A stretch of DNA of 35,825 bases, from positions 1-35,825 of the forward strand of contig UYFQ01000259.1 of assembly GCA_900617105.1 (NCBI GenBank). Direction: 5' to 3'. Both the position numbers and the translations under genes were made by a program. Shown here piece by piece: positions 35,723 through 35,825 of the stretch. The stretch comes from Hydrurus foetidus (lineage: Eukaryota). Below the pieces are notes generated by a model. That model saw only the letters and a list, made by a program, of their open reading frames with translations. It ran no database searches and was not told where the DNA came from. How positions within the stretch are numbered: position 1 is the stretch's first letter; each line of letters begins with the position of its first letter.

Positions 35723-35825
35723 CCGGTAAAACAAAAAATAAAAATTGATTAACTAAATCATAAAGATTCCTCCTAAATTTGATCCTCAGGGATTTTAGGG
35801 AGGTTTATTCAGTAAGGAACTTAGT

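Larger units (their letters stand above)
28815..35825 (+). mobile_element. Chromodomain Ty3/Gypsy LTR retrotransposon (Gypsy-2); 3' LTR beyond the window
   Basis: Putative 5' LTR followed by a gag-pol clearly homologous to Gypsy-1. Confidence 0.95.

Overview
The window is almost entirely eukaryotic transposable elements, deeply nested, with no recognisable host gene. Short GT-AG introns of 60-80 nt indicate a eukaryote; a stramenopile-like protist is a guess. (1) There is a cluster of at least eight PIF/Harbinger-type TIR elements or element ends. Four are two-gene copies with a convergent transposase and ORF1: H1 335-2344, H2 2420-6556, H3 6560-9814 and H4 2348-13562, which contains H2 and H3. 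The rest are a deletion derivative, a MITE, a cargo-bearing element and a TIR remnant. Nearly all of them abut one another through one shared 3-bp TSD (TTA/TGA/TAA) or sit inside another element's TIR, which suggests a self-targeting family that builds tandem and nested arrays. (2) A DIRS/Ngaro-class tyrosine-recombinase retrotransposon (about 13592-23970, minus strand) is inserted in a TIR and is itself split by a young chromodomain Ty3/Gypsy element (15273-21455; 274-bp LTRs with 2 mismatches; GCAG TSD). (3) A Crypton-like tyrosine recombinase gene is interrupted by a second chromodomain Gypsy (28815 to the window end). (4) A probable 3' LTR of a third Gypsy lies at 127-334. Both Gypsy elements lack a canonical tRNA primer-binding site and instead have a covarying palindrome directly after the 5' LTR (CA|ATATTAATAT versus CA|ATACCGGTAT), a candidate tRNA-independent priming or dimerisation signal. 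Most Gypsy frameshifts are single-base losses in homopolymers and are probably sequencing errors.
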